64,000 bases of DNA, taken from contig CAXHJY010001228.1 in assembly GCA_964016885.1 (NCBI GenBank), positions 1 through 64,000 on the forward strand. The letters run 5' to 3'. The stretch is from Eledone cirrhosa. Its lineage: Eukaryota. The notes beneath the pieces were generated by a model, which was not told the DNA's origin, ran no database searches, and saw only the letters and a program-made list of their open reading frames with translations. A program made the translations under genes and the position numbers. Positions 1-14,397 of the stretch are shown in pieces (the first letter of the stretch is position 1; each line of letters begins with the position of its first letter).

Positions 1-328
1 GAGGTTTTTTATATGAAATCGTGTGTCGAAACAGATATTGTTATATTTGGGAGGGTCATATTTGCGTAATATTGCCAGAATTAATAACAGAACACACTCA
101 CTGTTTGGTTGGTTTTCGCTTCTCGCTGTCTTTTATATATATATATCTGCGATCTAACTTACTCGGTCCTCAATATCGCAGATATATATATATAAAAGAC
201 AGCGAGAAGCGAAAACCAACCAAACAGTGAGTGTGTTCTGTTATTAATTCTGGCAATATTACGCAAATATGACCCTCCCCAAATATAACAATATCTGTTT
301 CGACACACGATTTCATATAAAAAACCTC
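1..328. repeat. Long inverted repeat (arms ~1-153 and 175-328), terminus of Penelope-type fragment family A; cut by window edge
   Basis: gaggttttttatatgaaatcgtgtgtcgaaac...ctgcgat is the reverse complement of atcgcag...cgacacacgatttcatataaaaaacctc with a 21-nt loop; same sequence recurs at 872-1019, 28675-28850 and 53690-53810. Confidence 0.9.
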
Positions 329-1015
329 GCAAAACTAATTCATCGCCGCTATGGCATTAGCTTGTGCCAAGCTGAAAGGTTATTGAAAGACACTGTTTTC
401 TGTTATATAAAAACTACATAAACAGAAAGAATGAGTGGAACAACAACAACACCCAAACAAACAACACTGACCTAAGAGAAGTATAAATAAATAAGTAAAT
501 TAAATTAAATAAAATAAGATAAATAAATACATACACAAGCACATAAACACACACTAGTCACCCAGCAGACACAACACTATACACACTAGTCACACATCAC
601 ACATAACACTATACACACACGCAAACGCATGCGCAAAGAAGACAAAATAAAATAAGATAAACAAACAAGCAAATAAATAAATAAATATATAGACAGACTG
701 AACAAAAAAAAAAAAAAAAAAAAAAAATGGCGTAGACATACAACACAACAGGAGGAACAATGAATATAACACCACTGACGATGTTGCAGATGTGCAACGA
801 AAGATTTATGTAAACTATATATATATGTGTTTGTCTATATTGTATCTGTATTATTTTTGACCGCCGGTCAGTCAATGGCAACATTGAGGACCGAGTAAGT
901 TAGATCGCAGATATATATATATAAAAGACAGCGAGAAGCGAAAACCAACCAAACAGTGAGTGTGTTCTGTTATTAATTCTGGCAATATTACGCAAATATG
1001 ACCCTCCCCAAATAT

Positions 1016-1019
<4 letters not shown>
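329..1019 (+). mobile_element. Family A non-coding retroelement fragment, probably Penelope-like pseudo-LTR
   Basis: Homologous to 28675-29310; ends in (TA)n; contains CTGACGA-hairpin-GAAA core; PLE assignment is inference. Confidence 0.6.
768..832 (+). ncRNA. Hammerhead-like core, probably decayed
   Basis: CTGACGA t gttgca gatg tgcaac GAAA (775-802); identical core on minus strand at 28926-28953; stems I and III weak. Confidence 0.45.
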
Positions 1020-1052
<33 letters not shown>

Positions 1053-1118
1053 AATATATATATATAAATGAAAATATATTTTATATATATATATATATTA
1101 TATATATATATAAATATA

Positions 1119-1313
1119 CAGCGAGGGAAAAGTGGTAAGGAACCAGGTGGACCATAACGCACCAAAGTACTCAATACTTAGGGTAGTAGAGTGGGTAATA
1201 GGAGTAAGTAAGACCCCGACAGCTGAGCTCAAGCCGTTTCGACGGCTAATTCAGTACAGAATTAGCCGTCGAAACGGCTTGAGCTCAGCCGTCGGGGTCT
1301 TACTTACTCCTAT
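1119..1313 (-). mobile_element. Family D Penelope-type fragment with snap-back inversion and 3' half of a hammerhead
   Basis: Inverted arms ~1198-1252 / 1259-1313; GAAA cggct tgagctc agccg TC ggggtc at 1271-1299; flanked by (TA)n; other copies at 20661, 23428, 29947, 36611. Confidence 0.7.
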
Positions 1314-1389
1314 ATAAATATATATATATATATATATAAATATATATATATAAATGAAAATAAATTTTATATATATATATATTATATAT

Positions 1390-1431
<42 letters not shown>

Positions 1432-1515
1432 CTATGTATAATATATCTATAATATATATATATAATATATATATAATATATATATATATATTATATATAT
1501 CTATGTATAATATAT

Positions 1516-1562
<47 letters not shown>

Positions 1563-1955
1563 TATAATATATATATATATATAATATATTTATAATATAT
1601 ATATATAATATATATATATAATTGTTTCTACTTTTGGCACAAGGCCAGCAATTACCCAGTGCATTACTGGTACTTTATTTCGTCGACCCCATGAGGATGA
1701 AAGGCAAAGTTAACCTTGGCGGGCTTTGAACTCAGAATGGCAAGGGACGTAACTCTATGCGTCAAAGCATGGCGTCCGACCCTCTACCGATATGTATATA
1801 TATAATATATATATTATATATATATATAATATATATATATATAATATATATATATATATATAATATATATATTATATATAATATATATATTATATATAAT
1901 ATATATATTATATATAATATATATATTATATATAATATATATATTATATATAATA

Positions 1956-2000
<45 letters not shown>

Positions 2001-2161
2001 ATATTATATATATATATATTATATATATAATATATATATAATATATATATGATATATATATATATATAATATATATATTATATATAATATATATATATAT
2101 ATATAATATATATATTATATATATATATATATTATATATATATTATATATATATATATTAT

Positions 2162-2195
<34 letters not shown>

Positions 2196-2265
2196 GTATA
2201 TATATATATATAGTATATATATAATATATATATATATATATAATATATATATATATATATAATAT
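1314..2265. repeat. Imperfect (TA)n microsatellite tracts interrupted by a SINE
   Basis: Direct reading. Confidence 0.95.
1620..1793 (-). mobile_element. tRNA-derived SINE (major family, SINE-1)
   Basis: Minus strand has B-box-like gagttcaaagcc, body ttgcctttcatcc...aaagtaccagt, tail ggccttgtgccaaaagtagaaacaatt; over 15 copies in window. Confidence 0.85.
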
Positions 2266-3032
2266 ATACGTTATTCCGGGTTGAATCGGAGGTAACCACA
2301 GTAAGTAAGGTACTCAATACATAGCAGAGTATAACAGTTTTAATATAGATGAGATTCTAGAGGACTAGAACTGTTTCATTCATTAGAAATCATCAGGAAT
2401 CTGGGTATCAAAAAATAAATATGGTATTTATAGGTCTCTACAAGTGGTAGGAGAGGGTGGGGAGTGGGATGGGTGCAGGTCATTGGTTGATAGAAAAGGG
2501 AATTCATTAAAAGCTAATTCTACAAAGCTATAGTTTATTTTTATTTTTATTTATATTTATTTATGTTTTTAGAGTAACAAAGGCAGACAGAATTCTATAA
2601 ACAGGTTCCGGATGGCATACCATTCCTTGTCAATAAGTTTCTCTTAAGCTAACAGATGTCTATAAACTCAGTGGGGGGTCAGTCATGGTCGATAGAATTA
2701 AAGAAAAGGGAGATTCTTTAAAAGCTAAAGTCATTAAGGTTCTACTAAGTGACAAATGTCTAGAGAATTCTGCAGACAGATTCAAAATACTGAGTGCATA
2801 TCTTACTATTATCTTCGAACTTCTCTTTCATTAAAAGCTAATTCTACAAAGCTATAGTTTATGAATTCCCTTTTCTATCAACCAATGACCTGCACCCATC
2901 CCACTCCCCACCCTCTCCTACCACTTGTAGAGACCTATAAATACCATATTTATTTTTTGATACCCAGATTCCTGATGATTTCTAATGAATGAAACAGTTC
3001 TAGTCCTGTAGAATCTCATCTATATTAAAACT
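2266..3032. mobile_element. Family C Penelope-type fragment with inverted pseudo-LTR duplication
   Basis: ~2338-2505 is reverse complement of ~2862-3032; (TA)n both sides; HHR in each arm; second copy at 20350-20531. Confidence 0.75.
2966..3016 (+). ncRNA. Type I hammerhead ribozyme (family C)
   Basis: agattc CTGATGA t ttc taat gaa t GAAA cag ttctagtc ctg TA gaatct; stems I, II, III pair; GUA cleavage triplet; mirror copy 2352-2402 (-) has one stem III mismatch. Confidence 0.75.
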
Positions 3033-3225
3033 ATATATAATATATATATATATAATATATATATATAATATATATATAATATATATATATATAATATATA
3101 TATATATAATATATATATATAATATATATATAATATATATATATATATAATATATATAATATATATATATAATATATATATAATATATATATAATATATA
3201 TATAATATATATATAATATATATAT

Positions 3226-3273
<48 letters not shown>
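3033..3273. repeat. (TA)n-derived microsatellite
   Basis: Direct reading. Confidence 0.95.
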
Positions 3274-3275
<2 letters not shown>

Positions 3276-3430
3276 GATATTAATAAATGGAAACTATATT
3301 TATAAAACCATATTTATTTCATTATACATATTTCCTGGATACCAAATTAAATTATGGTATGCCTTCATCAGACAAAATACAATATATAACAGTTTTACAA
3401 ATAAGCTTTGACGTACCCTATTAAAATGCA
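3274..3430 (-). mobile_element. Family E Penelope-type fragment with hammerhead-like motif (~3315-3380)
   Basis: Minus strand CTGATGA aggcatacca...tggtatccag GAAA tatg TA; homologous to 16300-16492 in opposite orientation; stems I/III imperfect. Confidence 0.6.
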
Positions 3431-3586
3431 ACCATTGTTTTAGGAAGTCATCCGGATAGTGATTTGTTTATATTACTCCAGATCCTCAGTGAATTAACAA
3501 CCCAACAAGGAACTGGGCATATCAGAGTATTGACAATATTACACACCTAAACAACATATGTACTTGTCTATACCATACTAATTCAA

Positions 3587-3641
3587 ACTGCATGAAGAGG
3601 TCACAGCCAAAGATGGCTGTCACTGAAATATATATAGCAGT
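3587..3641 (+). ncRNA. Minimal hammerhead ribozyme, C3-to-A variant
   Basis: actgc aTGAAGA ggtc acagcca aaga tggctgt cact GAAA tatata TA gcagt; stem I actgc/gcagt, palindromic stem III. Confidence 0.6.
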
Positions 3642-3787
3642 AATAAACGAAGCTAAATTTTAATCATTTGACTTTTATTTAACTTTATTTTACACTACTC
3701 CGGAGTAACCAAACCAACCTGCGCACTTCGTCGAGTGCTCCAGCCTGCATACTAAGGTGTTGGTATACAACCAACATAAACTCAAAA

Positions 3788-3790
<3 letters not shown>

Positions 3791-3827
<37 letters not shown>

Positions 3828-4112
3828 TATACATATATAATATATAAATATATATAAAATATTTTTTCATTTATATATATATATAAATATATAATATATA
3901 AATATATATAAAATATTTTTTCATTTATATATATATATATAATATATATATATATAATATATATATATATATAATATATATATATATAATATATAAATAT
4001 TTTTTCATTTATATATATATATAATATATAAATATTTTTTCATTTATATATATATATAATATATAAATATTTTTTCATTTATATATATATATATATAATA
4101 TATTTATATAAT

Positions 4113-4199
<87 letters not shown>

Positions 4200-4245
4200 A
4201 TAATATATATATATATATAATATATATATATTATATTTATATAAT

Positions 4246-4330
<85 letters not shown>

Positions 4331-4375
4331 ATAATATATATATATATATAATATATATATATATTATATATATAT

Positions 4376-4409
<34 letters not shown>

Positions 4410-4455
4410 ATTATATATATATTATATATATATTATATATATATTATATATATAT

Positions 4456-4486
<31 letters not shown>

Positions 4487-4678
4487 ATATATATATATAT
4501 TATATATATATATTATATATATATATATTATATATATATATATAAATGAAAATATATTATATATATATATATAATATATATATATATTATATATATATTA
4601 TATATATATTATATATATATATATTATATATATATTATATATATATATATATTATATATATATATATTATATATATAT

Positions 4679-4711
<33 letters not shown>

Positions 4712-4921
4712 ATATATATATATAAATGAAAATATATTATATATATATATATTATATATATATTATATATATATATAAATGAAAATATATTATATATATA
4801 TATATTATATATATTATATATATATATATTATATATATATATATTATATTTATATATATGATATATATATATTATATATATATATAAATGAAAATATATT
4901 ATATATATATATATTATATAT
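3791..4921. repeat. Imperfect (TA)n array with recurring aaatgaaaa / tttttcattt interruptions
   Basis: Direct reading. Confidence 0.95.
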
Positions 4922-4924
4922 AGT

Positions 4925-5131
4925 AATAATAGTAAAATTGAAGACTAAAATCCAAAGAGGGCTCGATAAGGAAAATATATATAAAATATATAAGAACCGT
5001 AGAGGAAATATTTATTAAAATAACAGATTAAAGTTTAAGCAAAGAATCGCTGCTTTCACCCTTAACGGGATCTTAGAAGATCCCGTTAAGGGTGAAAGCA
5101 GCGATTCTTTAATCTGTTATTTTAATAAATA
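4925..5131. mobile_element. Family F Penelope-type fragment with snap-back inversion
   Basis: Arms ~5010-5073 / 5078-5131 (12-nt deletion in right arm); GAAGA tccc gttaa gggt GAAA gca resembles an HHR core; fragment also at 35905-35962. Confidence 0.55.
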
Positions 5132-5325
5132 TATTATATATATATATATTACATATATATATATTATATATATATTATATATATATATATTATATATATA
5201 TTATATATATATATAAATGAAAATATATTATATATTATATATGTATATAAATATATATATATAAATGAAAATATATTTTATATATATATTATTTATATAT
5301 ATATATAAATATATATATATATATT

Positions 5326-6038
5326 ATGCACCACCATTTGCAACGCGCAGCCATCACTATTATCATATTTACACATAATTTTTCTTCTGCTGCCACCCGT
5401 CTGTTTCTTACTTTGTACCTTTTACCCTTTCTCGTTCTTTGTATCTTTTACCCTTTCTAGCAGTCTCTCTCTCTGTTAGCCTCCTCCTCAACTTTCACTC
5501 ACTCATTCTCTGCCACTACCTCTCCTCCCCCTTCAAGTTTGACCTGTGTGTAATTCTTTTCTCGCGCGGTCTTGGTCAAGCTGGTATGGAATTTTTTTCT
5601 CTCTCTCTCTTTCGTCTGCGACTTCACAAAACTTATGTTTACCGAATTCGTAGACCAGACCCCTACTTCTTCTTCTTCTTCTTCTCCCCCCCCCCGTTAG
5701 ACCTGTGCGAAATTCCTTCCTTGCTCACATTTCAACCAGGTTTGATAGTCTTTTGTCTCTTGTTCACGATTTCACCGAGTTTATATTCATAGAGATCTGG
5801 GACTTGTTTATTTCTTCTCACTTTCCGTTGCTTAAACCATTTTGTTTGTTACCCTAACGTCCTCTTTATTTACGTGTCCCAACGACTTTTTTTAGCCGTT
5901 GTTCGCACCAACCTGAGGCATATGGCCCTTAAAGCGATGAAATGCCTGGGACGGTTGGAGGGTCACTGATGAAGGACTTACTTTTTCATATGCACCACCA
6001 TTTGCAACGCGCAGCCATCACTATTATCATATTTACAC

Positions 6039-6040
<2 letters not shown>
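5326..6040. mobile_element. Family B element with terminal direct repeat (pseudo-LTR-like)
   Basis: ~50-bp atgcaccaccatttgcaacgcgcagcc...tttacacata at both ends (~5327-5377 and ~5990-6041); flanked by (TA)n; diverged homologue 24243-24553. Confidence 0.65.
5877..5977. ncRNA. Conserved three-way-junction RNA motif of unknown class (copy 1)
   Basis: Stems gtcc/ggac, caacgact/agccgttg, ccaacc/ggttgg, aggca/tgcct; compensatory changes versus 24390-24492. Confidence 0.55.
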
Positions 6041-6133
<93 letters not shown>

Positions 6134-6160
6134 ATATATATATATATATATAATATATAT

Positions 6161-6203
<43 letters not shown>

Positions 6204-6242
6204 TATATATATATAATATATATATATATATATAATATATAT

Positions 6243-6308
<66 letters not shown>

Positions 6309-6343
6309 TATATATATAATATATATATATATATAATATATAT

Positions 6344-6376
<33 letters not shown>

Positions 6377-6540
6377 ATATATATATATATATAATATATA
6401 TATATATAATATATATATATATAATATATATATATATATATAATATATATATATAATATATATAAATATAATATATATATATATATAATATATATAAATA
6501 TAATATATATATATATATATAATATATATAAATATAATAT

Positions 6541-6636
<96 letters not shown>
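6041..6636. repeat. (TA)n microsatellite
   Basis: Direct reading. Confidence 0.95.
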
Positions 6637-7047
6637 TGTAATGTTTTTGTAATATCTTGCCAAAGTTGACACCAACTATAAACAAATTAAGGCGGGGTCA
6701 TAAGAAGGACAGAGAATGATAAGGGATTTGGGTAAAAACATCTAAACGATGATGATGACACAAACACACATATATATATACAAACACACATATATATATA
6801 TACATACAGACACACATATATATACACACATATACACACCCACACATATATATATAAGAGAAAATAATCATACACGCAATACTAATTAACACCATATCAC
6901 TATAGAGACCTATTGTAAATAAACAAACTGTATCGTAACTTTCAATGTAAAAAAAACAAACAAACACATTCACTTGTCAGAAAACCTACTTTCAGTTTCG
7001 CGAACGTTATAATTAACCTACGCCATATATATATATATATAGTTATG

Positions 7048-7114
<67 letters not shown>

Positions 7115-7446
7115 TTTAGAGTAAAGCATGTCCAGAGAATTATTTGATAATATATATACATCATCTCTACTCCCAATCAGCATAATTAACCAAACAAAAA
7201 ATCAATTAGACCAGGCTATAAGAATAAAAGGCATCTATGAGGAAACAGTAAATAAATTAATTAGTGCATGTGTAAATATTTATATATATGTATGTATATA
7301 TATATATATACATACTGCTGTGCGTCTGTATACATATATGTATGTACGTGGTGTACATACTTATATTTAAGTAACAGCCGTACTAAGAGTGGGAAATGAA
7401 ATTTCGTTTCATTTTTTTCCGTTTATATATAAATATAGTTATGTAA

Positions 7447-7513
<67 letters not shown>

Positions 7514-7952
7514 AATAGTCATGTAAACATATGTATATATATTTATATCTAGTTATATATGTATGTGTGTGTTTGTGTGTATGTGAGCGTGTCTTAGTAG
7601 TTCAGTATGACATGCTAAGGGGAGCAACTGTTGGCATGTCAGTCAGTGATTGTATGCTGGGTTCTGTAAGTACAGCTAGATAAATAGGTTTTCTACACAC
7701 AGTCACAAAGGCACACACATACATACATACACACATGCACACATATACGCATGTACACATACGCAACATGCACACATACACATATCCACACATACACACA
7801 CATACACACATACACACATGCACACATGCACACCATCACACATGCACACATACATACGTGCACACATACATACGTGCACGCACACACACGTACATCGACG
7901 GAACGTTAACTGGGGGAGGGGTAGATCCAAGACTAATATCACATGATATTAT

Positions 7953-8140
7953 ATAATTGTTTCTACTTTAGGCACAAGGCCAGCAATTACCCAGTGCATT
8001 ACTGGTACTTTGTTTTATCGACCCTGTAAGGATGAAAGGCAAAGTCAACCTCGGCGGGATTTGAACTCAGATTGTAAAGGGACGTAACTCTATGCTTCAA
8101 AGCATGGCGTCCGACACTACCGATACTGCCAATCCACCGC
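7953..8140 (-). mobile_element. SINE-1, full length
   Basis: A-box-like ggattggcagtatcggtag, B-box gagttcaaatcc, same tail. Confidence 0.85.
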
Positions 8141-8340
8141 AGGTATTATATAATGACGTTATTCACCGCAGGTATTATATAATGACGTTATTCACCGCAG
8201 GTATTATATAATGACATGGTATTATATAATGACGTTCCATGTAATACCGTGAGATATTGTTCACTTAAGCTGGGTCATTATGACGTTACATGTAATACCT
8301 TCATAATGACCCAGTTTAAGTGAACACTATCTCACGGTAT
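8134..8340. repeat. Satellite junction: 29-bp tandem units plus an inverted copy of the 41-mer
   Basis: caccgcaggtattatataatgacgttatt x3; ~8239-8283 is the reverse complement of the 41-bp unit. Confidence 0.8.
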
Positions 8341-9562
8341 TACGAGAACACTATCTCACGTTATTACATAGAACAATATCTCACGGTATTACATAGAACA
8401 CTATCTCACGGTATTACGAGAACACTATCTCACGTTATTACATAGAACACTATCTCACGGTATTACATAGAACATTATCTCACGGTATTACGAGAACACT
8501 ATCTCACGTTATTACATAGAACACTATCTCACGGTATTACATAGAACACTATCTCACAGTAATACATAGAACACTATCTCACAGTATTACATAGAACACT
8601 ATCTCACAGTATTACATGGAACACTATCCCACGGTATTACATAGAACACTATCTCACGGTATTACATAGAACATTATCTCACGGTATTACGAGAACACTA
8701 TCTCACGTTATTACATAGAACACTATCTCACGGTATTACATAGAACATTATCTCACGGTATTACATAGAACACTATCTCACGGTATTACATAGAACACTA
8801 TCTCACAGTAATACATAGAACACTATCTCACAGTATTACATGGAACACTATCTCACAGTATTACATGGAACACTATCCCACGGTATTACGTAGAACATTA
8901 TCTCACGGTATTACATAGAACACTATCTCACAGTATTACATGGAACACTATCTCTCAGTATTACATGGAACACTATCTCACGGCATTACATGGAACACTA
9001 TCCCACGGTATTACATAGAACATTATCTCACGGTATTACATAGAACACTATCTCACGGTATTGCCAGAACAATATCTCACGGTATTATATGGAACACTAT
9101 CCCACGGTATTACATAGAACACTATAGCACGGTATTACATAGAACATTATCTCACGGTATTACATAGAACACTATCTCACGGTATTGCCAGAACAATATC
9201 TCACGGTATTATATGGAACACTATCCCACGGTATTACATAGAACACTATCTCACGGTCTTACATGGAACATTATCTCACGGTATTACATAGAACACTATC
9301 TCACGGTATTACCAGAACAATATCTCACGGTATTACATAGAACAATATCCCACGGTATTACATAGAACACTATCTCACGGTATTACATAGAACACTATCT
9401 CACGGTATTACCAGAACAATATCTCACGGTATTACATAGAACACTATCCCACGGTATTACATAGAACACTATCCCACGGTATTACATAGAACACTATCTC
9501 ACGGTGTTACATGGAACATTATCTCATGGTATTACCAGAACAATATCTCACGGTATTACATA
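8341..9562. repeat. 25-bp minisatellite
   Basis: Unit gaacactatctcacggtattacata, roughly 50 copies with variants. Confidence 0.95.
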
Positions 9563-9600
9563 GTGACCCAGCTTAAGTAAACAATATCGCACGGTATTAC

Positions 9601-9788
9601 ATAATTGTTTCTACTTTAAGCACAAGGCCAGCAATTACCCAGTACATTACTGGTACTTTATTTATCGACCCCGTAAGGATGAAAGGCAAAGTTAACCTCG
9701 GCGGAATTTGAACTCAGACTGTAAAGGGACGTAACTATGCTAGAAAGCATGGTGTCTGACGCTCTACCGAATCTGCCAATCTACCACC
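9601..9788 (-). mobile_element. SINE-1 near the junction of two satellites
   Basis: Full SINE motifs; flanked on both sides by cacggtattacataat. Confidence 0.85.
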
Positions 9789-9794
9789 CTACAC

Positions 9795-12700
9795 CCACGG
9801 TATTACATAATGACCTAGCTTAAGTAAACAATATCCCACGGTATTACATAATGACCTAGCTTAAGTAAACAATATCCCACGGTATTACATAATGACCTAG
9901 CTTAAGTAAACAATATCACACGGTATTACATAATGACCCAGCTTAAGTAAACAATATTCCACGGTATTACATAATGACCCAGCTTAAGTAAACAATATTC
10001 CACGGTATTACATAATGACCCAGCTTAAGTAAACAATATTCCACGGTATTACATAATGACCCAGCTTAAGTAAACAATATTCCACGGTATTACATAATGA
10101 CCCAGCTTAAGTAAACAATATTCCACGGTATTACATAATGACCTAGCTTAAGTAAACAATATTCCACGGTATTACATAATGACCCAGCTTAAGTAAACAA
10201 TATTCCACGGTATTACATAATGACCCAGCTTAAGTAAACATTATTCCACGGTATTACATAATGACCCAGCTTAAGTAAACAATATTCCACGGTATTACAC
10301 AATGACCCAGCTTAAGTAAACAATATCCCACGGTATTACATAATGAACTAGCTTAAGTAAACAATATTCCACGGTATTACATAATGACCCAGCTTAAGTA
10401 AACAATATCCCACTGTATTACATAATGAACTAGCTTAAGTAAACAATATCCCACGGTATTACATAATGACCTAGCTTAAGTAAACAATATTCCACGGTAT
10501 TACATAATGACCCAGCTTAAGTAAACAATATCTCACGGTATTACATAATGACCCAGCTTAAGTAAACAATATCTCACGGTATTACATAATGACCCAGCTT
10601 AAGTAAACAATATCTCACGGTATTACATAATGACCCAGCTTAAGTAAACAATATCCCACGGTATTACATAATGACCAAGCTTAAGTAAACAATATCCCAC
10701 GGTATTACATAATGACCCAGCTTAAGTAAACAATATCTCACGGTATTACATAATGACCCAGCTTAAGCAAACAATATCCCACGGTATTACATAATGACCC
10801 AGCTTAAGTAAACAATATCCCACGGTATTACATAATGACCCAGCTTAAGTAAACAATATCCCACGGTATTACATAATGACCTAGCTTAAGTAAACAATAT
10901 CCCACGGTATTACATAATGACCTAGCTTAAGTAAACAATATCCCACGGTATTACATAATGACCTAGCTTAAGTAAACAATATCCCACGGTATTACATAAT
11001 GACCCAGCTTAAGTAAACAATATTCCACGGTATTACATAATGACCCAGCTTAAGTAAACAATATTCCACGGTATTACATAATGACCCAGCTTAAGTAAAC
11101 AATATTCCACGGTATTACATAATGACCCAGCTTAAGTAAACAATATTCCACGGTATTACATAATGACCCAGCTTAAGTAAACAATATTCCACGGTATTAC
11201 ATAATGACCTAGCTTAAGTAAACAATATTCCACGGTATTACATAATGACCCAGCTTAAGTAAACAATATTCCACGGTATTACATAATGACCCAGCTTAAG
11301 TAAACATTATTCCACGGTATTACATAATGACCCAGCTTAAGTAAACAATATTCCACGGTATTACACAATGACCCAGCTTAAGTAAACAATATCCCACGGT
11401 ATTACATAATGAACCAGCTTAAGTAAACAATATTCCACGGTATTACATAATGACCCAGCTTAAGTAAACAATATCCCACTGTATTACATAATGAACTAGC
11501 TTAAGTAAACAATATCCCACGGTATTACATAATGACCTAGCTTAAGTAAACAATATCCCACGGTATTACATAATGACCTAGCTTAAGTAAACAATATCCC
11601 ACGGTATTACATAATGACCTAGCTTAAGTAAACAATATTCCACGGTATTACATAATGACCCAGCTTAAGTAAACAATATTCCACGGTATTACATAATGAC
11701 CCAGCTTAAGTAAACAATATCTCACGGTATTACATAATGACCCAGCTTAAGTAAACAATATCTCACGGTATTACATAATGACCCAGCTTAAGTAAACAAT
11801 ATCTCACGGTATTACATAATGACCCAGCTTAAGTAAACAATATCCCACGGTATTACATAATGACCCAGCTTAAGTAAACAATATCTCACGGTATTACATA
11901 ATGACCCAGCTTAAGTAAACAATATCTCACGGTATTACATAATGACCCAGCTTAAGTAAACAATATCCCACGGTATTACATAATGACCAAGCTTAAGTAA
12001 ACAATATCCCACGGTATTACATAATGACCCAGCTTAAGTAAACAATATCTCACGGTATTACATAATGACCCAGCTTAAGTAAACAATATCTCACGGTATT
12101 ACATAATGACCCAGCTTAAGTAAACAATATCTCACGGTATTACATAATGACCCAGCTTAAGTAAACAATATCCCACGGTATTACATAATGACCCTGCTTA
12201 AGTAAACAATATCCCACGGTATTACATAATGACCCAGCTTAAGTAAACAATATCTCACGGTATTACATAATGACCCAGCTTAAGTAAACAATATCTCACG
12301 GTATTACATAATGACCCAGCTTAAGTAAACAATATCCCACGGTATTACATAATGACCCAGCTTAAGTAAACAATATTCCACGGTATTACATAATGACCCA
12401 GCTTAAGTAAACAATATCTCACGGTATTACATAATGACCCAGCTTAAGTAAACAATATCTCACGGTATTACATAATGACCCAGCTTAAGTAAACAATATC
12501 TCACGGTATTACATAATGACCCAGCTTAAGTAAACAATATCTCACGGTATTACATAATGACCCAGCTTAAGTAAACAATATCTCACGGTATTACATAATG
12601 ACCCAGCTTAAGTAAACAATATCTCACGGTATTACATAATGACCCAGCTTAAGTAAACAATATCCCACGGTATTACATAATGACCTAGCTTAAGTAAACA

Positions 12701-12832
12701 ATATCCCACGGTATTACATAATGACCTAGCTTAAGTAAACAATATTCCACGGTATTACATAATGACCCAGCTTAAGTAAACAATATTCCACGGTATTACA
12801 TAATGACCCAGCTTAAGTAAACAATATCTCAC
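9795..12832. repeat. 41-bp minisatellite
   Basis: Unit cacggtattacataatgacccagcttaagtaaacaatatcc, about 74 near-identical copies, no spacers. Confidence 0.97.
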
Positions 12833-13140
12833 CCGCACACAAACATAGTTAAGTGCCAAGATACCCATTGATGAGTACATACACAGAAAGAGTTAAAGAC
12901 ACACACACATATACAGCACACAGAGATGCAATTATATACTAAACCGAAAACAAACCCTCACACACACACACATACACATACTCTCTCTCTTACACACGCA
13001 CAAACATACATACATACATACATACATATACATATTTAAATATACAAACACGTATTTATATATATACGCACAAAAACTACGTACCAAACTACAATTTGAA
13101 TGTACAAACATGTACATACACATAGACGCCAATTCCCACT

Positions 13141-14075
<935 letters not shown>

Positions 14076-14397
14076 AGGCGTACACACACAGAAAGAGAGA
14101 CGCATTCTGTTTTCTATACATTTAAGTTAACAAGTTAACTGGAGCTTTCCTTAGTAAATGTATCAGGCAGAACACCCCACCCACATCCGCACACCCTCAC
14201 AACCACCACCCCACTCACCCCACCCAAAGCCACACACCCTCACAACTCCCCCCTCACCCCACCCACAGACACACCGACTCGCAATCCCCCCCCCCCCCCC
14301 CAGCCACACACCCTCACAACCCCCCCACACCCCTCATCCTCACACCCCGCAGCCACCTCACCCTCAGAACTCCCTCTCACCGCCTATCACCCCACCA

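Noticed and set aside
5978-6685. YIYI-type ORFs here and at 13.3, 20.7, 25.7 and 58 kb
   Set aside because: (TA)n translation artefacts
9795-12832. CRISPR-like regular array
   Set aside because: Units are contiguous with no unique spacers, no cas genes, eukaryotic context; same applies to the 30- and 33-bp arrays
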